Below the pieces are notes generated by a model. The model was not told the origin of the DNA. It was given only the letters and a program-made list of their open reading frames with translations, and ran no database searches. Below, piece by piece: positions 27,706-37,486 of a stretch of 64,000 nucleotides of DNA. Made by a program: the position numbers and the translations under genes. Numbering within the stretch: the stretch's first letter is position 1; each line of letters opens with the position of its first letter. This stretch comes from a virus. Taxonomy: Duplodnaviria; Heunggongvirae; Uroviricota; Caudoviricetes; Ackermannviridae. The stretch is taken from positions 88,254 to 152,253 of IMG/VR virus record IMGVR_UViG_2974596396_000001; one strand, written 5' to 3'.

Positions 27706-28155
27706 ATGTTCCTTACATCCTTTATTGACTGGATGAATATCATAAATGGCCTGAGGATCCCTGTTGGGAACCTCGGGCTTTCTCGTTCTTCTATGCCGCA
27801 AATCGATGCCGACAAACAAGAAGATTTTCACAAATATCTTGAAGACAACGGCGTGTCTATAGATGCTGCGCAAGTGCCTATCAAAATGCTTCGTCTTACC
27901 CAGAACGAAATCAATAAAATGAAGGTCTGGAAGATTATGAAGCAGATCAGAAATAAGAAGCCCATGGGTCGAGTTTGGGTATCTTCTGACAATTACGTTG
28001 TTGACGGTTCTCACCGATTTGTCGCTGCGTTGAACATGGACGGCAAACAGCGCATGAAGGTCTACAAAGTTGATTTGCCAGCGATGGAATTTGTTAAACT
28101 CGCTAAACAGTTTCAGGGTGTGCGATACAGAACGGTCAGCGATACCCGTTTCTGA
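27706..28155 (+). CDS. ParB-like nuclease domain (ParB/Srx fold) protein
   Basis: VVDGSHRFVAAL resembles the ParB N-terminal DGxHR motif. Confidence 0.45.
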   Translation: MFLTSFIDWMNIINGLRIPVGNLGLSRSSMPQIDADKQEDFHKYLEDNGVSIDAAQVPIKMLRLTQNEINKMKVWKIMKQIRNKKPMGRVWVSSDNYVVDGSHRFVAALNMDGKQRMKVYKVDLPAMEFVKLAKQFQGVRYRTVSDTRF

Positions 28156-28234
28156 ATACGATAGTTTATTGAAACCCTTTACTCAACATGGTGACAGCCC
28201 TATCATTTTATCCAATGAAATAAGGAGAATCACC

Positions 28235-28924
28235 ATGAAACGTTTAATCATCGGGGTTGTGCTGGCTGGTCTGGCACTTCCTGCCACCGCCAAGCTGAAT
28301 TCCACGGGTGAAAAACTGTGGTCTGATCTTTCCTACTGTGCTGGGTTCTCCCAAGCCGTCGCTATAGACAAAACTGGTTCCATAGAGAACTTTGCTGAAC
28401 TCTGGGCCACAGGTAATGTCACAGATGCCGTTGTAAATGCTGGTATTGAGTTTAATCGATATAAGCAAGGCGCGTTCAACCTGAAAGGATATATGAACGA
28501 CAAAGAATTTAACCGAGGAGGCATGGAGGCTGGCGATCTTATTATGACTGGTCGTATGGGCACACAAGGACGAATGACCGTAAGACAGTGCCGTTCTCTT
28601 CCTTCTCCAGCATTACAAAAAGGTGTGCAGGTTGGCCGACGTCAGCTGGATCTCATCAATGATGGCAACCAATGTATCCGAGTATTTGAATATAGTGCTG
28701 ATCAAGAATCAGATCAACGTTTGAAAAAGGAATGGCGGACTCGCGCCCTTGGCCTGAGAGCATGGCTGGTGGAAAATGATCATTATTATGAAGACCGTGT
28801 TCAGAATGGTTTGAAAGATCTTTCCACTAATTTGTCTGTCAATCTAGACGACCCAAGGCTTTCGCGTGAACTCAAGCAAACAAGAATTGACTGCGATAAT
28901 ATGATGAAGGAGAACGAAAGATGA
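28235..28924 (+). CDS. Secreted or periplasmic protein
   Basis: AGGAGAA RBS. Signal peptide MKRLIIGVVLAGLALPATA. Confidence 0.5.
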   Translation: MKRLIIGVVLAGLALPATAKLNSTGEKLWSDLSYCAGFSQAVAIDKTGSIENFAELWATGNVTDAVVNAGIEFNRYKQGAFNLKGYMNDKEFNRGGMEAGDLIMTGRMGTQGRMTVRQCRSLPSPALQKGVQVGRRQLDLINDGNQCIRVFEYSADQESDQRLKKEWRTRALGLRAWLVENDHYYEDRVQNGLKDLSTNLSVNLDDPRLSRELKQTRIDCDNMMKENER

Positions 28925-29241
28925 AAATCAAAATCTTATTGTTATTCCTGTACGCTTTCATGTCTTCCCAAGTATTGGCAGCTCCGGCCAGTAAGTTGAA
29001 TATTTGTGCTGCTTGGTTGTCTACATATCAACAATTTCATCCGGATGATAAGGACACATCAATCCTTTTATCTGATTATGAAGGTGAATTGAAACGCCTT
29101 GATCTCTATAGTGTGGACCAGATAGAGAATGCGCTTGATTTACCCATGATGGAATCTGCTGCAGACAACAGCAAACAGACTATTAAAGATTTGACTATGT
29201 GCCGTGAAATTGCAACTAATTTCGTTGGAAATCAAAGATAG
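28921..29241 (+). CDS. Secreted small protein
   Basis: Signal peptide MKIKILLLFLYAFMSSQVLAA. ATGA overlap with the previous gene. Confidence 0.5.
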   Translation: MKIKILLLFLYAFMSSQVLAAPASKLNICAAWLSTYQQFHPDDKDTSILLSDYEGELKRLDLYSVDQIENALDLPMMESAADNSKQTIKDLTMCREIATNFVGNQR

Positions 29242-29290
29242 TTTCAGGTTAAAATTTTATTCCCCATTGAACTGAAAGGTGTATTTCGTG

Positions 29291-30082
29291 ATGATCATTA
29301 CCAAAAAGATCGCTGAGGCGATCGTTGAAAAGAATAAAATGTTCGCACCTAACAAAGCAAAGGTTATTCTGATCCATGATGATGGTCGCGTGGTCTTCGC
29401 TGAAAAATTTGAGCAAGGGTGCGCTTTCTGGTTTGCAGACACGATGCGTGAAAGCAAGCTACAGGGCATCATTTACAAATTAACTCTGGTTGCCAAGCGC
29501 AACGACCAGGGTGACTGGGTTACGGTTTGTGATTTCAGCTCCAAGGTTGATACTCGACCAAAATCTCGCCAAGAGAGAATTCTGGAAGCTCAGGAAAAAC
29601 TTGTTGCTGCTCGTACTTCACCAGTCATTAAGCCAGCAGTCATCTCCCCTTCTATTGATCTGCCGCCTGTCAGCCAAAAGGCTGTTGAGCAATATGCAGA
29701 AAAACGAAAAGAAGAACCCGTGAAGTCTCCGGTTGAGAATAAAGAAGAATCTGAATTTATTTCAATCAGGCAGTTATGTCCGCAAGAAAGGCGATTTTCT
29801 TCACCAAATGATTTATTCGTGTCTTTCCGGTCTAATGGGAAGATTATATTGTGCAAAACCCTACGGGAACAATTGCAGTGGCCTAACATCAATATGATGG
29901 TGAGTCGGAACTTCAAACGATTCGCAATCGGTGAAGGTAAAGATTATCCTGTTAATAAGAGCGGAACATATGCAAATCGTCATATGTGCGACAAATTGTC
30001 TTTCCCAAACGATTCTGGCACTATTCGTGTTCGTTTAGAATGGGATGAAAGTTTGAACATGTATGTCGGTGATATAAAATAA
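29291..30082 (+). CDS. Hypothetical protein
   Basis: ATG (or GTG at 29288). Confidence 0.5.
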   Translation: MIITKKIAEAIVEKNKMFAPNKAKVILIHDDGRVVFAEKFEQGCAFWFADTMRESKLQGIIYKLTLVAKRNDQGDWVTVCDFSSKVDTRPKSRQERILEAQEKLVAARTSPVIKPAVISPSIDLPPVSQKAVEQYAEKRKEEPVKSPVENKEESEFISIRQLCPQERRFSSPNDLFVSFRSNGKIILCKTLREQLQWPNINMMVSRNFKRFAIGEGKDYPVNKSGTYANRHMCDKLSFPNDSGTIRVRLEWDESLNMYVGDIK

Positions 30083-30095
30083 TTCAATAACATTA

Positions 30096-30125
30096 GGGCG
30101 GTTATTATTAAACCGCCTTTTATTT
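30096..30125 (+). terminator. Rho-independent terminator
   Basis: GGCGGTT-ATTATTA-AACCGCC followed by TTTTATTT. Confidence 0.7.
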
Positions 30126-30139
30126 GAGAGATCTATATT

Positions 30140-30808
30140 ATGAACAACAAGAGCCGTATTATCATCGGGGCTGACCAGGGTAATTTATATTTTGAAAGAT
30201 CTGATGTTGTCGCCCACGCTATCCTTCCCACTGGAATTTCCGTTTATTGTGTGGAACATCCTGACCCTGCAGTTAAACGTCTTTGCTATGTCTCCCGTGA
30301 AAATGGACTAATTGTATTGCCAGAAGGCGCGATTATGCGCGCTCGTTTTTGGCCGATCGATTTTAATTCCGTGAGCAATAGGGAGATCGACGCCCGTTTC
30401 TTCGTACATAATATGAACCGGACTCTGAAAAATGAAACTCAGAGAGTTGTTCATTTCGACAATGAAACTCATGGAGTGACGTTAGAATTCAGAACTCGTG
30501 GTGAAGCTCTTCAGGTGAAGAAATCAAGCTGGAAAACTGAAGGGACGTTCACATATGATTATGCGTTAATCGACAAATTGTGTAATCAGTTTCGCATTAG
30601 CCTGACTGCCAACGACGATTTAGGTCAGTATGTTGTATGGACAGCCCGTTCACCACATATGAACGGTATCATGATGGAGAGTGAAACTCGTAATCGCGCT
30701 GTGCTCCAACTGCTGCTGTTAGACGCGTATTCTCGCAACCCGTTGGAATATCTGTCTCGGGAACAGATTGATAACGCGCTTTCTCATTGTAACCGTCTGG
30801 AGGTGTAA
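30140..30808 (+). CDS. Hypothetical protein
   Basis: ORF. Confidence 0.5.
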   Translation: MNNKSRIIIGADQGNLYFERSDVVAHAILPTGISVYCVEHPDPAVKRLCYVSRENGLIVLPEGAIMRARFWPIDFNSVSNREIDARFFVHNMNRTLKNETQRVVHFDNETHGVTLEFRTRGEALQVKKSSWKTEGTFTYDYALIDKLCNQFRISLTANDDLGQYVVWTARSPHMNGIMMESETRNRAVLQLLLLDAYSRNPLEYLSREQIDNALSHCNRLEV

Positions 30809-30809
30809 T

Positions 30810-31097
30810 ATGTCCGGCGTATGGTGTGATGTATTGTTGGTAAGATTTTCAAACGGGATGGATAACCAGATTATTTCATTCTTTTATCCTGTTCCCTTTT
30901 CTTCTATGGGTCTGACTGTCAAGCGCGTTCTTGACATAGAAGAAAAACTCAACGCCATGCCGTATATGGCGCGACCACACGTGCTGGGTTGTGAACTGTT
31001 AAACGAAATGATGATTGACGAGAACCTTGTTGAAACCATCATTACTCGTGAGCAAATGAAAGTAATATTGGCGCAGGGAGAACCCCATGTCGAATAA
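30810..31097 (+). CDS. Hypothetical protein
   Basis: GGAGGT RBS. Inner start of ORF 30768. Confidence 0.45.
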   Translation: MSGVWCDVLLVRFSNGMDNQIISFFYPVPFSSMGLTVKRVLDIEEKLNAMPYMARPHVLGCELLNEMMIDENLVETIITREQMKVILAQGEPHVE

Positions 31098-31407
31098 ACC
31101 GTTTGAACTTAAATTTCGCGTTTGGCATATTCCCCAGGTTCCTGGGATCGCTTTTCATGTTGAGGTTCCAACATTTGAAGAAGCGCAGCGCCTGAAGAAT
31201 ACTCTGGCTGATTACGACCTGTTTCAGTATAACAATAACATCAAGCCGGATTATTGTAATGCTTCCGGCGTTCAAATATACCAACATGATCTGACTGAAG
31301 AAGATCTAAATGATATGGGTCTGGATGATCGTTGGGTTGATATCGAAGATATTGACGAACTCAACGATTATTTTGATCATCTGCGTAGCACAGGGTGGGA
31401 AATATGA
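31087..31407 (+). CDS. Hypothetical acidic protein
   Basis: GGAGAA RBS. Asp/Glu-rich C-terminal half. Confidence 0.45.
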   Translation: MSNKPFELKFRVWHIPQVPGIAFHVEVPTFEEAQRLKNTLADYDLFQYNNNIKPDYCNASGVQIYQHDLTEEDLNDMGLDDRWVDIEDIDELNDYFDHLRSTGWEI

Positions 31408-31613
31408 TCGGGTTAATCCGTTATCTGTTCATATTCGTAATTTCAACATTCATTTTATTTTTCTTTTTCAAATACTTGAAAGAGACTAAAATCTACCGAA
31501 GTAAACGTTGGCGTAAACGGGTGAGGGTAACTTTCCTGCTGCTGATTTCTTCGGTTACAATAACCGCACTCACATTGGGTGCTTATATTTACATTTTTGA
31601 AGGGGTACATTGA
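31404..31613 (+). CDS. Small 2-TM membrane protein
   Basis: Two hydrophobic helices separated by the basic loop KRWRKR. Translationally coupled to the SPFH gene. Confidence 0.45.
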   Translation: MIGLIRYLFIFVISTFILFFFFKYLKETKIYRSKRWRKRVRVTFLLLISSVTITALTLGAYIYIFEGVH

Positions 31614-32404
31614 TGTTCAAGAAATTGGTGTTTGGTGCAATTATGGTTCTGGCTGCAAGTCTACTTTCTGGTTGTGGTGGCGTTATCGATGAAGGTAATG
31701 TCGGCGTTCGAACCCAATGGGGTGAAGTGGACATGAACCCTGTAACCGCAGGTATCTACACCAGTTTCGTTTCAAGTGTAGATGTCTATACGACTAAAGA
31801 AGCCGTCGTGAGTCTGACGAAAATGACGCCAAAGGCCAAAGACAACCTGACCTTGGAAGATCTGGATGTGGACGTTTATTACACACCGAACGTCGCGAAG
31901 GTTCCTTGGTTCCATACCAAATTTGCAGGTCAGAGCGCTGAACTCGGTGACGGCACGATAGCGGTGGGATTCAACCTGGTTAAAACCGCCGCAGCATCCT
32001 CAACGATGGACGCCGTTTCCTCTTTGGATTCTATGACAATTCACACCCAACGGGCTGAGTTAGAAAAGATGATCAAGGAACGCACCCAGCAGCAATTGGA
32101 AACTGCTGCGCCTGGCATGTTCACAATCACACGTGTGTTGGTGAAAAAGGCGCTGACAGATCCTTCGATTGAGCAATCTATCCGTGATAATGTCATGGCC
32201 GACAAACGTTTGGATACAGCAAGAAAGAACGTTGAAATTCGAGACCAAGAAGCCAGGGCGAATCAGAAACTGACGACATCTCTGACACCTGAATATTTAC
32301 AACACGAATATAACATGGTGTTGCAATCTTGCGCCAACAGCGGGAAATGTACTCTGATCGTTGACGGATCCGGCTCAGGTAAAATGCTGAACGTCGGCAA
32401 ATAA
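31613..32404 (+). CDS. SPFH/Band-7 (stomatin/HflK-like) domain lipoprotein
   Basis: Lipobox LLSGC. VIDEGNVGVRTQWGEV fits the SPFH N-terminal motif. GAAGGGG RBS. Confidence 0.6.
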   Translation: MFKKLVFGAIMVLAASLLSGCGGVIDEGNVGVRTQWGEVDMNPVTAGIYTSFVSSVDVYTTKEAVVSLTKMTPKAKDNLTLEDLDVDVYYTPNVAKVPWFHTKFAGQSAELGDGTIAVGFNLVKTAAASSTMDAVSSLDSMTIHTQRAELEKMIKERTQQQLETAAPGMFTITRVLVKKALTDPSIEQSIRDNVMADKRLDTARKNVEIRDQEARANQKLTTSLTPEYLQHEYNMVLQSCANSGKCTLIVDGSGSGKMLNVGK

Positions 32405-32487
32405 ACGCTTTATTCAATAATATTTGTTAGGTAAGCTGTAGTCCTCTTGTAGTGAAACATTGTAAACAACTAACTGGAGTAATCCGA

Positions 32488-32766
32488 ATGAACCGTACTG
32501 ATTTTATTGCTCACATCGCCCAGACTCAGGGTATGACCAAAGGCGAAGCTGAGAAAATCGTTGCATCTTTTATTAATGGCGTGAAAACTGCAGTCGCGGC
32601 TGGCCAATCTGTCCAATTCGTAGGCTTCGGCGCGTTCGAAGTTAAACATCAGGAAGCGCGCACTGGCCGCAACCCGCTGAACGGACAACAGATCCAGATC
32701 GAAGCGAAAAATGTAGTTAAATTCAAAGTCGGTGAAGGTCTGAAAGCTGCTGCCAACGGCCAGTAA
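32488..32766 (+). CDS. HU/IHF-family DNA-binding protein
   Basis: GFGAFEVKHQEARTGRNPLNGQQIQIEAK aligns strongly with the E. coli HU [26 protein letters not shown]. Confidence 0.8.
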   Translation: MNRTDFIAHIAQTQGMTKGEAEKIVASFINGVKTAVAAGQSVQFVGFGAFEVKHQEARTGRNPLNGQQIQIEAKNVVKFKVGEGLKAAANGQ

Positions 32767-32825
32767 TCACACCAGGCGTCGGCCCAGCGCATGTCTGCAG
32801 TGCAGCGGCGCAAGGCTAAAAGGAG

Positions 32826-32853
32826 AAGCCGAGGTTAATGCCTCGGCTTTTTC
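32826..32853 (+). terminator. Rho-independent terminator
   Basis: AAGCCGAGG-TTAATG-CCTCGGCTT followed by TTT. Confidence 0.85.
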
Positions 32854-32901
32854 GTTGTTGGGATTCGGGTAAACTATAACAGAATCCAAAGGAGGAACAA
32901 C

Positions 32902-34623
32902 GTGACAGCATTTAATCAACACCGAAAGGCGATTGACGCCATAGGCCGTAAGGTTCCTGTGGAAGAAATACAACGCCTTGCCAAAGATGAATTCCCATAT
33001 GACAAAGCGAACCCAGGCCAGATGGAATGTATCGTCGAAGCCGTTGATGCCTTGGTCAACAAAAAGGTCAAACACGTAATCATTGAAGCCCCAACTGGCG
33101 TGGGGAAATCTTTGATTGGCACTACCATTCATAAAGTGATTCGCCATCTAGTTTTACAGGCTGATCCTTATGGGCAATTTCGCACTTCTATCAGCACCCC
33201 GACCAAAGGTCTGCAAGATCAGTATGCTGCTGAAAAGGCGGTGGCGATAGACATCCTAAAAGGCAAGAAGAACTATCGTTGCCACGTACACCCAGATGTG
33301 TATTACAACGCTGTGCAATGCCGTATAGCATGCCGCGACGGGCATTGTAGCAAACGCCGTTGTCCTTATGTACAGGCGCGCAATTTATGGACTGATATTT
33401 CGTCATTGCGTTGCACTAATGCAGCTATGATGATTGAGATGTGCACCACCATCTGTATGAAGCCTGAAAACCGTTCCGATATGCTGATCTTAGACGAGTG
33501 TCATAAGATGCCCTCTACGCTCCTAGAGCACACGATCATGGAATACAATACAAAGGCCGTGGAGGGGCTGCGTTCTATCCCTGAGGGCAAGGAGATCGTC
33601 TCTACCATTGGTGATATCGTAGAACGCACCAAGGACTATGTCCTGGGCAAGTTATATTCTTTGTCTGGTGAACTACATTCAATGTTTGAAGACCTCCATC
33701 TCAAAGTAGAAAATTTGTTGGAAGTTCTTGAAGAATTGGTCGAAGATGATCGCTTGAGTGAAAGCCAAGTGATGAAACTCGCAGACATTATAGATGTCTT
33801 GCATAACTTGAGTGATTATTGCGGTATTATGTCACAAACCCAAGCAAGTACATTTATTGTGCAAGAAAAGGGGGAAGATTTTATCCGGTTTAAACCTGTT
33901 ATGCCTTCTGATGTAAGCGAATTCGGGTTATTCCGAAAAGCCGATTATCACGTTCATATGTCAGCAACGATCTGCGGCATAGATTCTTATGCTCGTTCAT
34001 TGGGTATTCGACAGGGGGATTATCATTCCATTCAGATCGGCAACCCTATCCCAATTGAAAACAGAAAAGTCAACTATATGCCCATAGTGAAGATGACTAA
34101 CAATATGGGCGACTATGAAATGAAAAGGTTGACGGAATATATTGATGAAATAATCGCGTTCCACCCAGGTCAGTCCGGCATTATCCATACAGTGAGTTAT
34201 GATCGCGCCTTGGCAATACAAAAATTTAGTAAATATCAGAATTTTATCCATGTTCCGCGCACCCGAAAGGCGTTGATGGATATTATGGAAAATGCTTTTA
34301 GAACAAAGTCCCCATGCGTCATTGCCAGTCCGGCTATGGAAGAAGGTTATGATTTCAAAGGGGATTACAGCCGTTTCCAAATACTGATCAAAGTCCCTTA
34401 TGATTATCTGGGCGATCCACTGATAGCACATATCAATTCAGTGGATCCGTCGGCATATTTCCGCAATGCAGTACTGCGCATTGTTCAAATGTGTGGGCGT
34501 TCGGTCAGGGGTGTTGATGACTGGGCTGCGACATACATCATTGATTCATCCTTTGAATCTCTTATGATGCGCAACCCAGAATTCTTCCCAACCTGGTTCA
34601 CCGATGCAGTGTTTGAGGTTTAA
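32902..34623 (+). CDS. DinG/XPD-family (Rad3-like) Fe-S helicase
   Basis: GTG start after an AAGGAGG RBS. Walker A EAPTGVGKS. Four-Cys cluster CRIACRDGHCSKRRCPY. DEAH box LILDECH. Confidence 0.7.
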   Translation: MTAFNQHRKAIDAIGRKVPVEEIQRLAKDEFPYDKANPGQMECIVEAVDALVNKKVKHVIIEAPTGVGKSLIGTTIHKVIRHLVLQADPYGQFRTSISTPTKGLQDQYAAEKAVAIDILKGKKNYRCHVHPDVYYNAVQCRIACRDGHCSKRRCPYVQARNLWTDISSLRCTNAAMMIEMCTTICMKPENRSDMLILDECHKMPSTLLEHTIMEYNTKAVEGLRSIPEGKEIVSTIGDIVERTKDYVLGKLYSLSGELHSMFEDLHLKVENLLEVLEELVEDDRLSESQVMKLADIIDVLHNLSDYCGIMSQTQASTFIVQEKGEDFIRFKPVMPSDVSEFGLFRKADYHVHMSATICGIDSYARSLGIRQGDYHSIQIGNPIPIENRKVNYMPIVKMTNNMGDYEMKRLTEYIDEIIAFHPGQSGIIHTVSYDRALAIQKFSKYQNFIHVPRTRKALMDIMENAFRTKSPCVIASPAMEEGYDFKGDYSRFQILIKVPYDYLGDPLIAHINSVDPSAYFRNAVLRIVQMCGRSVRGVDDWAATYIIDSSFESLMMRNPEFFPTWFTDAVFEV

Positions 34624-35387
34624 TAACCCGCAATAAACGATAAATGGCACTTGATATTTGGTTCAAGTGTCGTTATCGTGATAATCATATTGTCCACATC
34701 TTGGCTGAAAGATATATTTGCGATCGGTTTGGTTTGAACATGATTATACAGGCTATAAATCAGATCTTCACCACGATAACCGATTTTGCCATCAGTGTCC
34801 TGCCAATGACCGAGGGTAGACTCTCGAGCGTGTACTCGGAATTCGACCATATGAAACAATGCTTTTGGGATGGTCTTCAGTATGCTGGTCCCAACAACCG
34901 GAATATCAATAGAAGAGTCGTTGGAGTTTCCTTCATAAACAGATTCCCAACCAAATATTGGATCCCCACCAGCTACAGGAGTTCTTTTCCAGTATTGGAA
35001 TTCTGGGTTTCCGGCAGAGTTCTTTTGTAGGAGGATTACTTCACCGCCTTCAAAATTGGAAGTGTCTATATCGTCCCTTGCTAATAAATCTGCCGGAGAA
35101 CCAATAAATTTCCAAGTTTCGCGATCTAAAATAGACTTATAATGATCGGTGAATACGTTACTGTCGCCAGCTGAATTAATTGCGTCTTTAAGACCTTGAC
35201 CTGTGACCATCTCATTGAGTTTGATCCACATGTTCTTAACAGCTGACGCAGCTGCGACCTGACCTTCAGTCCCACCCGCCGTGTAGTCATATACGATGTC
35301 CAGCTTTTGTATGGAATCATTTATAGACAAGAGCAAACGCTCAATTTCTGGGGCGGTCAGACTGAAACGATATGCGCGTTCTGACAT
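34620..35387 (-). CDS. Reverse-strand hypothetical protein
   Basis: 255-aa minus ORF whose stop overlaps the helicase stop. No signal peptide. Confidence 0.5.
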   Translation of the reverse strand: MSERAYRFSLTAPEIERLLLSINDSIQKLDIVYDYTAGGTEGQVAAASAVKNMWIKLNEMVTGQGLKDAINSAGDSNVFTDHYKSILDRETWKFIGSPADLLARDDIDTSNFEGGEVILLQKNSAGNPEFQYWKRTPVAGGDPIFGWESVYEGNSNDSSIDIPVVGTSILKTIPKALFHMVEFRVHARESTLGHWQDTDGKIGYRGEDLIYSLYNHVQTKPIANISFSQDVDNMIITITTLEPNIKCHLSFIAGY

Positions 35388-35429
35388 GATTCGTTCCTCA
35401 TCGATAAAACCAGTTTGGGATACTTATAC

Positions 35430-35966
35430 ATGATTGAAATATACACTGACGGGGCATCATCCCCTCAGAAGACACGAGCCGCTGGTTGGGCATTTGCCAT
35501 CAGTCCAATCACTGGAGAGCAATGGAAAGTGTTTTATGGGTATTTACCCCCGCCGTCAACGAACAATATAGCTGAGTTACTCGGGGTTATAAACGCGATG
35601 AAGATCCTATGGAAATTCTCTAATTGCGGTGAACGCTGCATTCCCCCAGCCCGCATTATATCCGACAGCCAATATGTTATCAATAGCGTTTTGGAGTGGC
35701 GTCGTAAATGGGAATATGAAGGAATGCCGCCTAAGAACACAGAACTTCTGCTCGAGTTGTTCGATTATTATGACAAAGTTTGTTCAATTTGTGAACTTGA
35801 ATTAAAATGGGTGAAAGGTCATGCAGGAACGATGGGCAACGAAATTGCGGATCAGTGGAGCGTTAGAGCCAAAGAAGATAGTTCAATGGTTCTTGAAAAT
35901 AACCGTTTCTCGGTCAAGAAAGTCGTTGGTTCTTTCAATGAATTCATTGGTATCTCTGAGGGGTAG
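35430..35966 (+). CDS. rnh: Ribonuclease H (RNase HI-type)
   Basis: IEIYTDGA-AE-ISDSQYV-W-KWVKGHAG-NE-AD matches the RNase HI catalytic motifs. Confidence 0.8.
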   Translation: MIEIYTDGASSPQKTRAAGWAFAISPITGEQWKVFYGYLPPPSTNNIAELLGVINAMKILWKFSNCGERCIPPARIISDSQYVINSVLEWRRKWEYEGMPPKNTELLLELFDYYDKVCSICELELKWVKGHAGTMGNEIADQWSVRAKEDSSMVLENNRFSVKKVVGSFNEFIGISEG

Positions 35967-35969
35967 ATC

Positions 35970-36692
35970 ATGAGTATTCCATTCGTTTACTGTTTGAAAA
36001 GTAAGGATGGACATTTGTATTTTGGCTCCAAGATTGGAGAAGATTCTGATCCAAAGCAGCTTATGGAAACATATTTCACTTCATCAAAATATGTCAAAGA
36101 CTTGATGAAAACAAAAGGAAACGATTATTTTCAGGTAGTGGGTATAGAAATATTTCCAGGTAAACCGGAAGAAGCGTTTTGGAAAGAACAACAATTGATA
36201 GAGTCCTCTTACGACAACCCCATGTTACTAAACAAACATTATCAAACTGTTGGGACTAAACCATGGACTCAATTAGGCAGAAAGGGGAACAAACAGTATT
36301 TGTTTGGAAAGGGGCACCTCCGCGCTGGTAAAAATAATCCAATGTTTGGTAAACAAGGAGCCATGAAAGGTATTACAGGGAAAGACCATCCGGCCTATGG
36401 CGTAGATCGGTCGGGTGACAAAAATGGTATGTTTGGGAAATGCGGGGAATTACATCACCACTATGGAACTCCTCCATGGGAAGTTCCAATAAGCAAGAAA
36501 TTGGGGACTTCAAAACATTGGTTGGTTGCAGAAGAAATACGATTGGAGTGGGTTGCTGGCGCAAGGCAATGCGACTTGTCAAGGAAATATGGAATTAGCA
36601 TAAAGACCATTGAAACTATGGTCGGCAAATTCCGTTCCGGTTGGATACCTTCACAAGACCCTCAGTGGGTTAATTTTAAAGGTGGTGTATAA
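35970..36692 (+). CDS. GIY-YIG homing endonuclease (Seg-like) with NUMOD3 repeats
   Basis: FVYCLKSKDGHLYFGSK GIY-YIG core. Repeated NPMFGK/HPAYG/NGMFGK modules. Confidence 0.65.
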   Translation: MSIPFVYCLKSKDGHLYFGSKIGEDSDPKQLMETYFTSSKYVKDLMKTKGNDYFQVVGIEIFPGKPEEAFWKEQQLIESSYDNPMLLNKHYQTVGTKPWTQLGRKGNKQYLFGKGHLRAGKNNPMFGKQGAMKGITGKDHPAYGVDRSGDKNGMFGKCGELHHHYGTPPWEVPISKKLGTSKHWLVAEEIRLEWVAGARQCDLSRKYGISIKTIETMVGKFRSGWIPSQDPQWVNFKGGV

Positions 36693-37486
36693 TGTGTGCT
36701 ATGAATTTTGTAGACAGGGGTGATAACGTCACCAAATATTTCACAGACGAAGATAATGACCGTGTTGTTGGAATATTGAGAGATTGGATTCCGGCTCGCA
36801 AAAAGGCTTTGGCCGAAGGAACACCCCTACCAAGAATCCCCAATTATGTGGCCATGAATGTTCAGATGATTATTAAGAACATGAGTATGCGCTACAACTA
36901 TCGTGATTATCCATACCGCGAAGACATGGTCAGTGAGGCCGTTGTCAACATCCTTCGTTACCTCCATACATTTGACGTCAGTCATATCGGCAAGAAAGGA
37001 AAAATCAATTTCTTCTCTTGGGTAACGATGTGTGCCGACCGTTCATTCGCCAAGAAACTCACCAGTGAAGAAGAACACAATTATATCAAGTTGCGTTCAT
37101 TTGAAGAAGCAGGTGGTTTCGCTGCATTATCAGATGACCCAGACTTCCAGCAACAGACATTCGTAGACAGCACTGGTATAACAATGGACTTTCGTGAGCG
37201 TATCGGAAATTTTGAAACTAAGAAAGAAGCCCAGCGCGAAAAGGAACGCCAAAAGCAAATCGCCATCAAAGAAGAGGAAAAGAATAAGAAAATTCCTCGC
37301 GGTATACTTCAATGTCTCACAAAGAGTGAAAATACCATTACCGCCGACGCCGAAGATAATTCAGACTATGACTTCGGCTCTACTCAATTCAATCTGGAAG
37401 ACGAAATATGTTCTATGGAACCAGATTGGGAAGAAGCAAAGAAACGAGCATTAGAACGGGAGCAACAAAATAATGGCGATTGCTAA
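36692..37486 (+). CDS. 55: Late-transcription sigma factor gp55
   Basis: I-DW, RYNYRDY and LHTFD blocks are collinear with the T4 gp55 blocks RFNFSGY and LHNFD. Sits before gp47 as in T4. Confidence 0.7.
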   Translation: MCAMNFVDRGDNVTKYFTDEDNDRVVGILRDWIPARKKALAEGTPLPRIPNYVAMNVQMIIKNMSMRYNYRDYPYREDMVSEAVVNILRYLHTFDVSHIGKKGKINFFSWVTMCADRSFAKKLTSEEEHNYIKLRSFEEAGGFAALSDDPDFQQQTFVDSTGITMDFRERIGNFETKKEAQREKERQKQIAIKEEEKNKKIPRGILQCLTKSENTITADAEDNSDYDFGSTQFNLEDEICSMEPDWEEAKKRALEREQQNNGDC

